Positions 61,870 to 64,000 of a stretch of DNA of 64,000 bases are shown here, piece by piece. Source of the stretch: Bradymonadia bacterium. Lineage in GTDB: Bacteria; Myxococcota_A; Bradymonadia; UBA7976; UBA1532. Within the stretch, counting starts at the first letter, position 1. Every line of letters starts with the position of its first letter. The notes below the pieces were generated by a model. That model had not been told where the DNA came from. It saw only the letters and a program-made list of their open reading frames with translations, and ran no database searches. The translations under genes were made by a program, and so were the position numbers. The stretch is from contig JBKAGE010000071.1 in NCBI GenBank assembly GCA_046290225.1, positions 64,001 to 128,000 on the forward strand, in the 5' to 3' direction.

Positions 61870-63939
61870 CTAGAACTTACGACCTCGTCCGTGGGCTCGG
61901 GCCCGGTGGCGCGCCTTCAGCTCGGGCCGCAACAGCAGGCCACCGAGGCCCGCAGCGAGGGCTGCCCCGAGGAAGAAGCTGATGCCAGGGATGTACTCCG
62001 GCGCCGAGGTGGCGCCAAACCAGCCGAGATAGAGCGCGTCGATGCCGAAGGCGCTGAGGCCGCCGAGCCAGCCCCACCGGCGATCACCAAGCAGGCCGAC
62101 ACCGGCGACGAGGCCCAGAGCGCCCAGGGCGATCATGACATAGGCCCCGAGGCCAATGCCCAGGAGCAGCTGGCTGAGGCCGCCGATGCTGGCGACGCCG
62201 CCGATGACCCCTTGAATCGAAGGCGCCTTGGCCCGGTGGATCACCGTGGGCATGGGCACGTCATCGTAATCATCATCGACATCGCCACCGTTCATGCTGA
62301 AGTCGGGGAGATCGTCTATGGGCGCAGGGGTCGCCGCCACCGGGGCGGGTGTCGGGGTTGCCACTGGGGCAGCCTGAGGCCGTGGCGTCGCCTGGCTGAG
62401 CCGTCGGGCGCCTGGCGTGGACAGAGGGGTCCATTGAGCCCGCGGCTGAGGGGTGGCCACCACAGGGGCAGGTGTGGGCGCAGGGGTCGGAGCGGGCATC
62501 GCCGTGGGCACCGTATCAGGCCCGGTGACCAGGGGGGCAGGGGTGGGCGTGGGCTCGAGGTTCACCGACATCTGAGCGGCAACCTCTTCTGCCTGAGCGG
62601 CGGCTTGAGCGGCTTGCTCTGCGCGGGCCAGCTGCTCTGCTGCCTCTCGAGCTGCTGCCTCGGCGGCTTCACGGGCCTCGGTCGCACGTGCCTCCACAGC
62701 CTGAAGTACCCGAACGCGCTCTTCTTCCTCCTCGTGGGCCCGTGCTTCTGCTGCGGCCCGGGCCTCGGCCCAGTCATCTTCGGCGGGCTTCTCCGCAGGG
62801 GCTGCCTGGGACACTGGTTGGGGGACTGGCGCAGCTTGAGGTGCTGGCGCTGCCTGAGGTGCTGAGGGCTCTGGGGTAGAGGGGGTTTCTGTCTGGCCGA
62901 CATGAGGCGCAGGGGCATCCAAGCCCAGTGTCTCGTTGATCAAGTGGCGGTAGGTCTGGGCAAAAGTGGCCAGAAGCTCGCTCGCTTGTGGAGTGTCGGA
63001 GACTGCCTCGCCCTCGGTGAGCATCGACTCGTATTGAGCGTAGACCTCCATGGCCGAGAACATCTCGATGTGCCCGCGGATGTAGCGCAAGGCTGCCAGG
63101 GCGAAGTGCTCTTCGATCTCCGGGAGGATGTCGTCTTCCTGAAGCCGAATGCGGGCCCGATGGCACAAGGCTTCCATGGCCGGCACCGAGGCCTCCGCTC
63201 GGAGATGAGCCAGGGCGCTCAAACCGAAGACCACCTCGGTCACCGCCTGAGGAACGGACTCGAGCTGGTCGAGGCGGCCTTGCACATAGCTCACCGCGGC
63301 ATCCGAGAGCACCGGATCGCCCGCGAGGTGCTCCAGGGTGGCCAGCGTGGCGCCGGGATCTGGCTGCTCGGGCAGGCTCTGCAGCCATCGAGGGAAGTCA
63401 GCGCCCGGGTCGAGGCTCTGGGCAGTGGCTTCGCCGTCGACTGTGTGGGCTGCAACTGCTGCAACTTCGGCAGCCACCTGCTCTGCGGCGGGGATCTCTT
63501 CTGTTTGATCAGGTGGGGGCTGTTCGGCAGAGGGCTGCTCAGCCACGGGATCGCCTTGTACCACCACAGGGGCCGCAACGGGGATGACCGAAGGGGCTGC
63601 GTTTTCCTCTGTGCTCTCCTCCGGGCTCTCCGGGCTGGTGGGGATGGTGGCTGCCTGAGGCTTGGGCGCTGCCACTGTGGCGTGGGCTTCGGTGTCCGGT
63701 CCCGAGATGGGTGTGTCCTGAGCCGGAGGGGCTGGCAGAGGCGCTTCAGCCAGATCAGCCTGAGGCTGGGCTGCTTCCGGTTGAGCAGCCTCAGGTTGGG
63801 CGCGCTCCTCAGAAGCAGCGTCTGTCGCCGCGGGGGGCTCTTGCTCGCGTGGCACCGCGTTGTCGGCGTTGGGTGTTTCGACGCTGTCAGGTGTCGCCTC
63901 TGCACGAGGTGCATCAGCCTGAGCTTGTTGCTCGCTCAT
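61870..63939 (-). CDS. Hypothetical Pro/Ala/Glu-rich protein with C-terminal membrane anchor (frame stays open to the window edge, so the start may lie outside)
   Basis: 689-aa ORF with disordered segments, a central helical domain and about four C-terminal hydrophobic helices. Its stop abuts the exonuclease start. Confidence 0.75.
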   Translation of the reverse strand: MSEQQAQADAPRAEATPDSVETPNADNAVPREQEPPAATDAASEERAQPEAAQPEAAQPQADLAEAPLPAPPAQDTPISGPDTEAHATVAAPKPQAATIPTSPESPEESTEENAAPSVIPVAAPVVVQGDPVAEQPSAEQPPPDQTEEIPAAEQVAAEVAAVAAHTVDGEATAQSLDPGADFPRWLQSLPEQPDPGATLATLEHLAGDPVLSDAAVSYVQGRLDQLESVPQAVTEVVFGLSALAHLRAEASVPAMEALCHRARIRLQEDDILPEIEEHFALAALRYIRGHIEMFSAMEVYAQYESMLTEGEAVSDTPQASELLATFAQTYRHLINETLGLDAPAPHVGQTETPSTPEPSAPQAAPAPQAAPVPQPVSQAAPAEKPAEDDWAEARAAAEARAHEEEEERVRVLQAVEARATEAREAAEAAAREAAEQLARAEQAAQAAAQAEEVAAQMSVNLEPTPTPAPLVTGPDTVPTAMPAPTPAPTPAPVVATPQPRAQWTPLSTPGARRLSQATPRPQAAPVATPTPAPVAATPAPIDDLPDFSMNGGDVDDDYDDVPMPTVIHRAKAPSIQGVIGGVASIGGLSQLLLGIGLGAYVMIALGALGLVAGVGLLGDRRWGWLGGLSAFGIDALYLGWFGATSAPEYIPGISFFLGAALAAGLGGLLLRPELKARHRARAHGRGRKF

Positions 63940-64000
63940 CGTGGAGTGGCCGGCGTCTCCACTGCCGAGGCTGTCGTTGCCCTGAGGATCCGTACGAGGC

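Noticed and set aside
63936..64000. End of a further upstream minus-strand gene (...AVETPATPR*, TGA overlapping ATG 63939)
   Set aside because: Only about 20 codons are visible; cannot be distinguished from an N-terminal extension of the 689-aa ORF.

Overview
GC-rich bacterial chromosome segment with about 50 protein-coding genes. The Cys-rich lipoproteins, Asp/Ala-rich lipoprotein linkers, a PEGA-domain Ser/Thr kinase and LRR paralogues suggest Myxococcota or a Bradymonadia-like deltaproteobacterium (inference). Recognisable genes: katG, a GH149-like beta-1,3-glucan phosphorylase, a SMUG1-type uracil-DNA glycosylase, rsmD, fpr, argA, a di-heme cytochrome c peroxidase, the methylmalonyl-CoA mutase operon (mutA-scpA-meaB), srkA and a DEDDh exonuclease. 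No rRNA, tRNA, CRISPR array, transposase or integrase was found. Most unusual observations: (i) two copies of a non-coding fold-back element with (GGGCAC)n/(GTGCCC)n arms, a shared core and copy-specific but self-complementary ends (16625-16965, 57400-57847); (ii) an unrelated ~540-bp branched rod-like inverted repeat (43805-44345); (iii) a 60-bp duplication of the smug1 5' end bracketing a foreign-looking gene; (iv) two intact apparent pseudo-enzymes, a heme-copper oxidase subunit I derivative that keeps only the low-spin heme ligands and an Lhr-like helicase with all ATPase motifs degenerate; (v) a stand-alone EF-Tu domain III-like fusion protein. All calls come from reading motifs by eye; no database searches were run.
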